Positions 17,695 to 26,535 of a stretch of DNA of 64,000 nucleotides are shown here, in pieces. How positions within the stretch are numbered: the stretch's first letter is position 1; each line of letters starts with the position of its first letter. The position numbers were made by a program, and so were the translations under genes. This stretch comes from Giardia intestinalis (lineage: Eukaryota). The DNA is taken from assembly GCA_000002435.2 (NCBI GenBank), contig CM018792.1. One strand, given 5' to 3'. Below the pieces are notes generated by a model. It was not told where the DNA came from and did no database searches. It worked only from the letters and a program-made list of their open reading frames with translations.

Positions 17695-20600
17695 TCAGCT
17701 TTTACTAGGTGACATTTCGTCCTGCATCATGGCTGTTATTATAAGGTTTGAGCTCTCTGTGAATTCCGTCCCTGGTGGCTGAGATCCTACAAAGGGTATC
17801 ACGTCACTCTTCTGGTCTGTGTTCACCATAGCAGAAAACCCGTCTACGGCCAGCACAGGCATGGGACAATCTGGAGCTGGTAACGTACTTTGAGCTAGTT
17901 GGGGAGCAGGACCTGACAACTCCGTTTCTGTCTGAAAATCGTTCAGACCCAGCGAAACGGCGGGGCGCTGAGAAGAGTCTGGATCAGTAGATATGCAATT
18001 AGCAGGCTTTGGTGCCTGATCAATAGACTTTGCTGCAGGCATGTCATCAGGAACTACCTGAGAATTATACCGCTTTTGCGATCTTTGGCCACCGCCAGAG
18101 ACAACTACATGGTGTTCTAAAAGCTCTTTATCCTTTAAGTAGTTCTTTGAGGCGTCGTCACTGAGGTCACTAGTTTCTTCAGTCAGCTCATTGCATCCAG
18201 AAAGGTTTGCGCCGTCCACATACTGCTCTAGCTCTGTCAAGAAAGCATCAGACTTAGCGAGCACCAGTGGTGATTCTTGGCAGGCGACAGACTCTAACGC
18301 ACAGACGACCTCGTCTAGCTTTTTCTGATATCCTGAGAGGACAGCCTCGAATTGCAAAGATTCGTTAAGTGAAGCAGTGGACTTAAACATGCGCGGCAAG
18401 TGTCTAATAAGATTCTTCTGCAAGATCTCATCCGTCCTTTTGGGATGAATTTGTATTCTCTGCAGTTTGGGAGCACTGTATCCCCCAGCTTGCTCTATAT
18501 CAATAACTGATAAAACCCCGCTCTTGAAAAGGGGATCATCCCGATAAGTAGTGCTTATCTGTAAATGCTCCCGTAGTGCTAAGCTATAGAGGCGTCTATG
18601 AGTGGTCTGTGTCACCGCCCGTAATCGTATCTGCTCATTGTAGTACTTTTTCACTCTACTTTCAAGAGCAAGAAGTCTCTTATAATTCTCCTCATCAAAA
18701 AATGGCAACTCAGCGATCCTTTTCCTCGTTGCAGCCAGTTTTGTAAAGAATTGATGCGTTGATGTTGAGAGTTCGCCGACAGAATCAAAGACGCTATCAA
18801 CAGACTCATTTGCACTTGCTTCTGGATAAAGTGTTTCTGTCGGGCCACTCGTGATCATCGCTCTATCTACATGGGTGTGTGGTGATGTATACCCAATCTC
18901 ATTGACTGTGTCTAATCCCCCTAAACTTGTCGAGTTAATATGTAAGTCATCAACTGGTAGTCGTGTGTCTGGCTCAGGACCCTCCGTCCCCGGACTGGTC
19001 TGCCTTGCTGCCTGGATAAATGCGGCCCGAGCCTTTTGCTGAGCCTGTAGTACCTCTGATTGTACTAGGTTTAAATGTGGATAGGATATTCTGGGTTTCT
19101 CTTTCATATTGCTCAAAAATCTGAGAACATCGGCGTGCTGCAAACGCTCATAGTTAGTGGACCTTAGGCGCATCGGCATAGACCCATTAGAAGCATAGTT
19201 CTTGACTAGATCTGCTTCTACAGTCAGGTTTGCTTGTCTTAATGTGTGCTCTTCCATATTCTTCCCCAAAAGGTATGACGGCTGCACTTGAAGCACTTTG
19301 GATTTTTCTATTTGAGGCAGTTGTATTTTGTTTAGATCATATTGAGTTATGTCTGAACCAGCTACTATTGAGCCATTGGGCTCTTCTGGTGAATACTTAA
19401 AATCTGGAGAGATATAAACTCTTGACTTATGATATTGCCCTGCGCAGAATGTTGTGGTTATGTGGCTATTAGATAAGTTGGTAGGAGCTTTGGTACCCCC
19501 AACGGGATGTGCTCCTTGTGGGTAGATGAATCGCGCGCCTGTCTGCACGAGTTTGTCATACAGGTTGGGCTCTTTGTTGACGTTATTCTTATAAATGGAT
19601 TCTGCAATGGATGCATACTCTGCTGTACTATATTTCTGCTGCTTGGAAATAACTGGGCTGCCGGTCACGGCTGAAAGAGCTGATGAAGCAGGTTGTGTAG
19701 TATTGTGAGTAGTGCTCTTTGATTCTACCCTATGACCAAGCGGCATTTGACAAGGGTGTTCATTTTGCCTACTTAGCGATTTTACAGGCGAGTTAGTTAG
19801 TGGGTCTGAAGCTGCTTCGTCTATCACAGAAAGCTTTCCCTTGTTATCATAAGACTTTGTCAGGATAGCCATATTTGCAGTGCATATTGCTTTGTGAAGA
19901 TAATGGTCAACGGGTAGACCGTTGGAAGCAGCCTGTTCTGGTGTCTTGAGGTTTCGAGCGGAACCAGATGCTCCCAAACTGTTCAATGGGCTCGCGTCGT
20001 GTTTGTGTGAATACTGTGAAAAGGAAGCCTGCCAAGCAAAGTCGTCCGCAGAGCCTGTAATTTCATTAACTAGAGCTGAGTGAGTGGATTGGAACTTTTC
20101 ATTAAACTCATCAGGAAGAAATCCGTCTCTAATAAACATCTGGGTCTTCGTGTACTCTCTGAATATATTAGCAGCGATGCTTATTGCAACAATTAGATGT
20201 TTAAATAACCCATCAAACCTAGAGTCATAAGGAATAGTAAGATACCATGATACAGTCGTTTCTGTGAGTACATGAAAATCGTAGAAGCTAAACTGGCATC
20301 CACGGCCAATATCCTCCAGCAGGATTGTGTGCAGGACACGTCTGTATTCCGGAGGTTTTGCCACCATGCTGAACCCGAGGCATAGGCCCAAGAGGGTTGT
20401 GCCATAGAGTTCCGAAAGAAGCTCTGTCACTGGCCCATCGCCATAATAATTCCGTAGAACTTCATAGTATATTGCTGAAAGCTTGAATGTATAGCCCAGA
20501 CAACATGAACGTAGTGCCTGCGAAAGGAATCCAAACAGCGGCCCCCCAGACTTTCTCGTTGGTGATGTAACATGTATTGGAGATAAGGAGTATTGATCGC

Positions 20601-21738
20601 GTGCATATTGCGTCTGCAACCCTGCATCACTGTACACCGAAGCGTTAGTAAAAGATGCTGATGTGCGCCGCCTTGGTGTCACAGAAACATCTGATTCACA
20701 CTGAATAGATGCCGTGGACACGGTTGATAGCCCCACCTGTTTGCTGAAGCTCGCCGAAAGGGTCGATTTTGTAAGTCTGGAGCTGGGTGGCCGAGAGGTT
20801 GCCCGTTGTCCTGGTTCAGACGTTTCGATTGCTCGAAGAATCAATGGGAAGTTCTGGAGGGTGAGGGAGTGCATATAAAACATAGCTCCAAATTCAGCCG
20901 GTATCCGCTTCCTGAGAGTGGTAAGCCTGACAAATAAAATGCTGAGATTGTGAGGATAAAGACTTTTGAAGCCTGCTAAGGTGTTAAGAAGCTCTTGAGA
21001 GATAACTAGACTGTTGAGTATATCTCCAGAGAGGTCCTCTCTCGGGGTGATATCAAGGTAATCATTGAAGAGCTTGTTGTACGTTTCATAGATATACGAA
21101 AGTTTATCAGGCACCGAAGCATTGGAGTGCAGGTTCTCAAACTTTGCTCTGTTGAACTTGAGGATCTTATGTGAGGGTTTGGCTGGTGAAAGTAAAGACT
21201 TCGATTCACGATAATGAGGCACAACTACCCCAGCCTTGACAGTCTCTGCCTGTCGCAAGAGGTGCTTTTGAAGCCGCGTCAGCTTCTCGTTATTGTCCTT
21301 TACGGTAAGGAGCCTCCTAGCTAACCTGCGCTCCTCATCTGAAATGTACTCTCCATTAAGACACCAAAGAAGAGGAAATGCCAGAACCATAAATGGCCGG
21401 GAAAATGGCAAACTCTCCAATTCGGGGTTACTCTTAAGGACCAGGTTCATTACTATTACTGACTGCAAAGGAATAAGATGCTTTAGAAGCAATCCATTAC
21501 CGGTAAAATCTAGAATACCCAGGGAGGTAAATAGCGAAAGTGAGCGTATATCTAATAAGGAAGGATTGTATGGTACAAGAATATTGAAAATCTCAAGGTT
21601 TTCGTGAAGTAGTCCAAGACTGCTAAGTCCAGACGCCGGGGAGAAGAAAGTATGGAGGTACGGATACTGAATAGTTGACTTCATATCGAATTTCTGGTTC
21701 GCTGCATTTACAAAAACGCTCTTGCTCCACGCTTTCAT
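17695..21738 (-). CDS. Large hypothetical protein (1347 aa).
   Basis: Long uninterrupted ORF with no recognisable motifs. Confidence 0.6.
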   Translation of the reverse strand: MKAWSKSVFVNAANQKFDMKSTIQYPYLHTFFSPASGLSSLGLLHENLEIFNILVPYNPSLLDIRSLSLFTSLGILDFTGNGLLLKHLIPLQSVIVMNLVLKSNPELESLPFSRPFMVLAFPLLWCLNGEYISDEERRLARRLLTVKDNNEKLTRLQKHLLRQAETVKAGVVVPHYRESKSLLSPAKPSHKILKFNRAKFENLHSNASVPDKLSYIYETYNKLFNDYLDITPREDLSGDILNSLVISQELLNTLAGFKSLYPHNLSILFVRLTTLRKRIPAEFGAMFYMHSLTLQNFPLILRAIETSEPGQRATSRPPSSRLTKSTLSASFSKQVGLSTVSTASIQCESDVSVTPRRRTSASFTNASVYSDAGLQTQYARDQYSLSPIHVTSPTRKSGGPLFGFLSQALRSCCLGYTFKLSAIYYEVLRNYYGDGPVTELLSELYGTTLLGLCLGFSMVAKPPEYRRVLHTILLEDIGRGCQFSFYDFHVLTETTVSWYLTIPYDSRFDGLFKHLIVAISIAANIFREYTKTQMFIRDGFLPDEFNEKFQSTHSALVNEITGSADDFAWQASFSQYSHKHDASPLNSLGASGSARNLKTPEQAASNGLPVDHYLHKAICTANMAILTKSYDNKGKLSVIDEAASDPLTNSPVKSLSRQNEHPCQMPLGHRVESKSTTHNTTQPASSALSAVTGSPVISKQQKYSTAEYASIAESIYKNNVNKEPNLYDKLVQTGARFIYPQGAHPVGGTKAPTNLSNSHITTTFCAGQYHKSRVYISPDFKYSPEEPNGSIVAGSDITQYDLNKIQLPQIEKSKVLQVQPSYLLGKNMEEHTLRQANLTVEADLVKNYASNGSMPMRLRSTNYERLQHADVLRFLSNMKEKPRISYPHLNLVQSEVLQAQQKARAAFIQAARQTSPGTEGPEPDTRLPVDDLHINSTSLGGLDTVNEIGYTSPHTHVDRAMITSGPTETLYPEASANESVDSVFDSVGELSTSTHQFFTKLAATRKRIAELPFFDEENYKRLLALESRVKKYYNEQIRLRAVTQTTHRRLYSLALREHLQISTTYRDDPLFKSGVLSVIDIEQAGGYSAPKLQRIQIHPKRTDEILQKNLIRHLPRMFKSTASLNESLQFEAVLSGYQKKLDEVVCALESVACQESPLVLAKSDAFLTELEQYVDGANLSGCNELTEETSDLSDDASKNYLKDKELLEHHVVVSGGGQRSQKRYNSQVVPDDMPAAKSIDQAPKPANCISTDPDSSQRPAVSLGLNDFQTETELSGPAPQLAQSTLPAPDCPMPVLAVDGFSAMVNTDQKSDVIPFVGSQPPGTEFTESSNLIITAMMQDEMSPSKS

Positions 21739-21835
21739 AGACGCCGGTTGACCGGCTTTTTAATTTTTCTCAGTACACCAATTGTATTTTGCACAAGAGG
21801 CGTTACCTGCTTAGGTAGCAGTGAAAGAAGCTAGC

Positions 21836-23926
21836 TTAGCTCACTACCACCCTAACCCATTTACCTGTTTCGCTCTGTGCGCAACTGGTGCAACATAGGA
21901 ATCCGTCCTCGATCCGACACATTGTCCAATCAAGCGTCTTACACTTTTTGCACCTTTTGTGAACCATGAGGCTGCTAAGAATGTGCTTGCTAGTATCGCT
22001 ACAAGGAAGAGCTCTTATTGTGGCCGTAAGCTTAAGTTGCTCTAAGTACAACGAACAGGCCTGGTTACTGTACTCAAGTCCCACCTCTAATATCTCGTCA
22101 ATCTCGTGATGTGCCGTATCTAGCATTTGCTCGATGGTTTGCTTGTGCTCTAGAAGCATCCCAGAGTACTTGGCTATGGTGGTACTGTTGGTTAGCTGTG
22201 CTTGCTCCTTGGCATATGCGTCAACTTTTGCCTTCACTTGGGACTCCCAGCGCTCAACCTTTGCTGGGATGGTCTTTAGGATGTTACGAAGAGCGGTCAC
22301 TGTGTCGCTGAAGGACTCCACATTATCTTGTCCCCTCACCGCAAAAGGGGAGTCAGATACATCGCCGGCGTGCTCACCGTGTTCATCATGTGCCATCTTA
22401 GTTATGAAACCTGCAAATCTTTTAGTTAGGCTCTTCTCCAAGGCATCTATTGCGTCGTGAATTATATCTCTTGCTGATCCTAGATAGAGTATCATCGACT
22501 GAAAATCTCCTGCTGCGCTATTAAATATTTCTAAATACTCTCTCGATTCCGTACCTGTAAAGCTGCTTTCTGATGTAGATGAAATGGTGGAGGTTGACGT
22601 GGTAATGGTAGATATCAGCCCGTCAAGCTTCTCTTTTTGCCGTATCATCGTCTTTATTTTCTGTACTATGTCTATAATCTCTTTGATTGCAGGAGTTTCC
22701 TTGACGAGGTCAGAGGGATCATTAGATATGCGTGCAGTGTTTAACATGCGTCCAAACAGCTCACCGACGTCATCTGTAGAGACTAAACTAGAGATAATTC
22801 CGTCTAGGAAATCGTCTGGGCTCTTATCATCAATGTCGTCGCTATTCTCTGCGGACTTATCCATAAGCTTTGAGTCTGTACCATTCTGTGCCCAGATATG
22901 TGTGATTTTATCATGGACATCATTCAAGTACTCACTGAGAGACCTTAGAGCCGATAGGTTAACGTTACGAAAAAGCGAGAAAAGCCTTTTTGATCTATCA
23001 TCTAGTGTGGATTGGTCTCTTTGTCCATTACCTGGCCGATCTTCTATTCTACTATTTTCCACTGCACTGCTGTTCAGCGATGACTCATTCTTAATACTGT
23101 GTGGTATATTATCGTGGTTGGTGCTATTGGGTGCATCAGTGTTCTCCGCGTTGAAGAGCTTTAACATGTTTATAACATCTCTGTTCAACCGGTGTAACAG
23201 TTCCACTAAGTCATCATGTTTGTGCTCCTCTGAGTTAGTGAGTGATACGTTACCATGGTTGTCATTGCTATCCTGTTGATTGGAGCCCTTTAGCTCACTA
23301 TTTGATACCATGCTACCGTTATCAATGCTATTACTTGCATAATCACATAGAGCTAGGACGTCTTCTGGAAATAAAAGTCCTATTCCAGGGTCATTAAGAA
23401 ACTGTTCTGAAAGCTGCCCACACAGGATGCGCGGCTTCTGTTCGACATCGCAAATAAGAACTTCGTTTGAAAAGTAGTTAGTACGCAGCTCTTCGAACTT
23501 ATTACTCTTCTTTGAGATGGGCTGAACGAAGTACTTCTGCTCTTTGTCTGTGGCAAACGCCTCGATTAATTGTAAAGCAGAGTTGAAAGCAGTAGATTGG
23601 TCATCTGCTTCAGATATCTTTTGCTCCTCTATACGAAGCATGGTTCCAAAGCATAGCGCGCTAAGAAGCTGAGTGGAGCTTTGTGCACGCTTTAGCTCTG
23701 GCTCACCGACAGTAGAAAAGCTTTCTACCTGATCAAGAGACTCTTCAAGAAGCTCCTCAAGTTTGCAATTGTAGGTGTCAAGAGAGCTTTGAAGCTCGCC
23801 GGCCTGCTCTTTAAGAGTTGCGCTAATCGACTGAAGCGCCCGCCGATACGTATTGAGAGAGGATATTTCTGCCGCTAGGCCCCGAAGGCGGTATTGCGAA
23901 ACGTAGAGCGGGAAGTTTCGAAGCAT
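21836..23926 (-). CDS. Hypothetical protein (696 aa) with a C-terminal Cys-rich zinc-binding-like segment (CKKCK...CRIEDGFLCCTSC).
   Basis: Long ORF. CxxC...CxxxxxxxCCxxC sits at the C-terminus. Confidence 0.55.
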   Translation of the reverse strand: MLRNFPLYVSQYRLRGLAAEISSLNTYRRALQSISATLKEQAGELQSSLDTYNCKLEELLEESLDQVESFSTVGEPELKRAQSSTQLLSALCFGTMLRIEEQKISEADDQSTAFNSALQLIEAFATDKEQKYFVQPISKKSNKFEELRTNYFSNEVLICDVEQKPRILCGQLSEQFLNDPGIGLLFPEDVLALCDYASNSIDNGSMVSNSELKGSNQQDSNDNHGNVSLTNSEEHKHDDLVELLHRLNRDVINMLKLFNAENTDAPNSTNHDNIPHSIKNESSLNSSAVENSRIEDRPGNGQRDQSTLDDRSKRLFSLFRNVNLSALRSLSEYLNDVHDKITHIWAQNGTDSKLMDKSAENSDDIDDKSPDDFLDGIISSLVSTDDVGELFGRMLNTARISNDPSDLVKETPAIKEIIDIVQKIKTMIRQKEKLDGLISTITTSTSTISSTSESSFTGTESREYLEIFNSAAGDFQSMILYLGSARDIIHDAIDALEKSLTKRFAGFITKMAHDEHGEHAGDVSDSPFAVRGQDNVESFSDTVTALRNILKTIPAKVERWESQVKAKVDAYAKEQAQLTNSTTIAKYSGMLLEHKQTIEQMLDTAHHEIDEILEVGLEYSNQACSLYLEQLKLTATIRALPCSDTSKHILSSLMVHKRCKKCKTLDWTMCRIEDGFLCCTSCAQSETGKWVRVVVS

Positions 23927-24053
23927 GGCGCAAGCTCCTCGGCCTCGGACTATTTCAGACTTCCATTTCTTAATTTCATCTGTTAAGTCTTTGCGTCCAC
24001 TTTCTATATTTATATGGCAAATTAACGTTTATCATAAGCACCGGCATCCTTTT

Positions 24054-24347
24054 ATGGCAAATATCGGGATACTAGCTGACGAGGCCACCATCACGGGCTT
24101 CCTTCTTGCTGGTGCAGGTTGCATTAGTAGCGGTAATCAGAAGAATTTTCACGTTGTAGACCAGAATGTGTCCAAAGCAGATGTCGAAGCAGCGTTTGAG
24201 GAGCTAAGGAACAGTCCAGATATCAGCATAATTATGGTGTCCAACGGTGTCATGGAGACAATAAAGGATACTATTGCTGAATACGATCTTCAAGGAAAAG
24301 TGGTAATGCCGTTTCCTACTAAAGATTCAGGTTTGTTCGCAAGCTAA
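24054..24347 (+). CDS. V-type H+-ATPase subunit F.
   Basis: MANIGILADEATITGFLLAGAG...HVVDQNV...ISIIMVS...GKVVMPFPTKD resembles V-ATPase F (IAVIGDEDTVTGFLLGGIG...). The track ORF begins earlier, at 23925; the ATG at 24054 fits the length of the family. Confidence 0.7.
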   Translation: MANIGILADEATITGFLLAGAGCISSGNQKNFHVVDQNVSKADVEAAFEELRNSPDISIIMVSNGVMETIKDTIAEYDLQGKVVMPFPTKDSGLFAS

Positions 24348-24414
24348 GTATTATGTGAAGTAAACCACTTTGTAGCCTTCGCAGACATAGCATGCCTAAT
24401 TTTATTCTTAGACG

Positions 24415-25275
24415 ATGGTTGCGCAGGGCTCCTGCTCACTGTGCTGCGGGCTTTTCTGGAAGACAGCGCCTCCTCTGACAATAGCAATCCCTGCTGTTGT
24501 GCTCCTATGTAGCATTGCGTTCTTTATCACATGCATGAGCATGTACATTCAGTTCCAGTGCTTCCTCATGGACTACACGGCGCTTATGCCCGGTGCTATC
24601 TTTCTTCAAGGTCACGTGTGGAGAATCGTGACGCCGCACCTGGTTCCTGCAACCCTGTGGCAAACACTGTTTATTCTTATGTCGTTTGTTCCGCCCGCGT
24701 TCATTCTAGAGAAGAAGATAGGATCACTGCGGTTCTTCGGATTGTTAGTGTTCTGCATGGCATTTGTATCTCTTACAATATCTGCAATAGCCGCGGTTTT
24801 GTACTACACACCTGGTATCAACAAGTGGAGCTACTTCAAGGCCCAGTGGTTCAGTACTTCCGATCTCGGGCCGACATCGCTGCTTCTCTTTACGATGATT
24901 TGTAGCATCCGAGCGCTCAGACAACGGACTCTCCCTTTCTGCTTTTGCCAAATACCCTCGTGGGCCTACATTCTCATCACATATGTCTTTGCACAACTTA
25001 TGATGTATCCGCCATGGTATGGCATTTTCTATAACCTGATGGCCGTAATAGCAGGACTAATAGTTCCACGATCTTGGCTTCAGGGGGCTGAAGATGTCAC
25101 TAGTATTTATGACATCTATACAGGCGCTGCACAACAGGCTGAATCTAAGGATGTTGAATTGCGTCCGCAAGGCCAGCAAGACATTAGTAATGCTATGAAT
25201 TCTATAAGGCAAGAACAGACAATACCAGCACCTGACAAAAGCGAAGCGTTTACGGCTCGCGGTCGCATTCTTTAA
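24415..25275 (+). CDS. Rhomboid-superfamily-like polytopic membrane protein, probably catalytically inactive (rhomboid- or Derlin-like).
   Basis: WRIVTPHLV...H and EKKIGSLRFFGLL resemble the rhomboid WRLxT...H and E..lG..rF motifs. I find no GxSG motif. Confidence 0.4.
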   Translation: MVAQGSCSLCCGLFWKTAPPLTIAIPAVVLLCSIAFFITCMSMYIQFQCFLMDYTALMPGAIFLQGHVWRIVTPHLVPATLWQTLFILMSFVPPAFILEKKIGSLRFFGLLVFCMAFVSLTISAIAAVLYYTPGINKWSYFKAQWFSTSDLGPTSLLLFTMICSIRALRQRTLPFCFCQIPSWAYILITYVFAQLMMYPPWYGIFYNLMAVIAGLIVPRSWLQGAEDVTSIYDIYTGAAQQAESKDVELRPQGQQDISNAMNSIRQEQTIPAPDKSEAFTARGRIL

Positions 25276-25305
25276 AACCCAGCATTTTCCGCGAAAAAAA
25301 ATTGG

Positions 25306-26484
25306 ATGAACTCCCTTACGCTCATACTGGGACCCATGTTCGCTGGCAAGTCCACAGAGCTCGTCGGCATCCATGCCCGGCTTGTAGCTGCCCATAAGCG
25401 CGTCTTAGTTGTTAAGCACACCTTTGACACTCGCTATGATGACAACTCCTTGACTACTCACGACAACACGAGGATAGCTGCGAAGAGAGCGGTACTTCTT
25501 GGCGAACTTGCAACAGAGTTTGGCGACTACGATGCCCTTATAGTAGATGAAGGCCAATTTTTTGCTGATATCGTCTCAGGTGTTCAGGATGCACTCTCGA
25601 AGGGGCTTTATGTGTACGTTTCGGCCCTTTCGGGGAACTTTAAGCGCGAGCCCTTTGAGCTGATACCGCGGTTATTCCCCCTAGCATCTGCTATTTATCT
25701 CCGATCGGCCATATGTGCAATATGCCATGCCCCTGCGCCGTTCTCTGCACGATTCTCTGCTCAGACAGAAGAGATTGTTATCGGTGGGGCCGAACTGTAT
25801 GCTCCTACCTGTCGCACCTGCTGGAAAAGTATAGCACATCAGCGGTCGATCAAGAAGGCCAGGCAACTAACTGACAGCGAAATCAAAAGCTTCGTAAGTG
25901 ATGCAGCAGCAATTCTGGAGAGATCAGCTCTTACAGGGAGCAAATTGCTTCTTGTTCCAGCAGTTACAAGCCCTCTTGATGCAGAGCTGCAATGTGTCTA
26001 CGCGTCCGCCTCAAGTGCAGGCCAGAATATCCTGGTGATAGCCCGGGAGGAATCTCAGGAACTGAACGAAGCGGCAAGTACCTTTGGATTTACTCTTAGA
26101 TACGTCGATTCACTCGTTCAGTCAGAGTCGGAGGACGATTGCACTATCAATAACGAGGTTAAGCATGCCATGGACCCGCACTCTATCGTCCTTGTCTACC
26201 ACGCAGACTCCTACGATCATGCTGATGTGGTTCTCGATGACTGCGTCTTCCAGGGTAAAGTCGTCATCGCAGCAACGTCTGCAAAGGCACCCTATCAGGT
26301 TTTAGGCAGCTTCCTAAGCCACGCAGATATTGTATCTTTTGGTTCGCTCACTAGAAACACAGGTGAAGGCCACGAAAAGCTAGGAGCGTCCGGGGTTTCC
26401 ACTGAAGTGCCACGGTTCTTTAGAACATGCCTTGCAGGACTTCCACTCGAAAAGCTGGTGCTAGGGATCAACGAAGACCTGTGA
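25306..26484 (+). CDS. Thymidine kinase of the TK1 family, with a ~200-aa C-terminal extension (392 aa in total).
   Basis: P-loop GPMFAGKST, DEGQFF, and a zinc ribbon (CAIC...CRTC) lie in residues 1-190. The C-terminal half has no P-loop. The upstream region is AT-rich (gcgaaaaaaaattggATG). Confidence 0.8.
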   Translation: MNSLTLILGPMFAGKSTELVGIHARLVAAHKRVLVVKHTFDTRYDDNSLTTHDNTRIAAKRAVLLGELATEFGDYDALIVDEGQFFADIVSGVQDALSKGLYVYVSALSGNFKREPFELIPRLFPLASAIYLRSAICAICHAPAPFSARFSAQTEEIVIGGAELYAPTCRTCWKSIAHQRSIKKARQLTDSEIKSFVSDAAAILERSALTGSKLLLVPAVTSPLDAELQCVYASASSAGQNILVIAREESQELNEAASTFGFTLRYVDSLVQSESEDDCTINNEVKHAMDPHSIVLVYHADSYDHADVVLDDCVFQGKVVIAATSAKAPYQVLGSFLSHADIVSFGSLTRNTGEGHEKLGASGVSTEVPRFFRTCLAGLPLEKLVLGINEDL

Positions 26485-26535
26485 TGCATGGGCCTCATCA
26501 CCTTGAAATTTCAGAAGCTCGGCTTGCAGAGTAAC

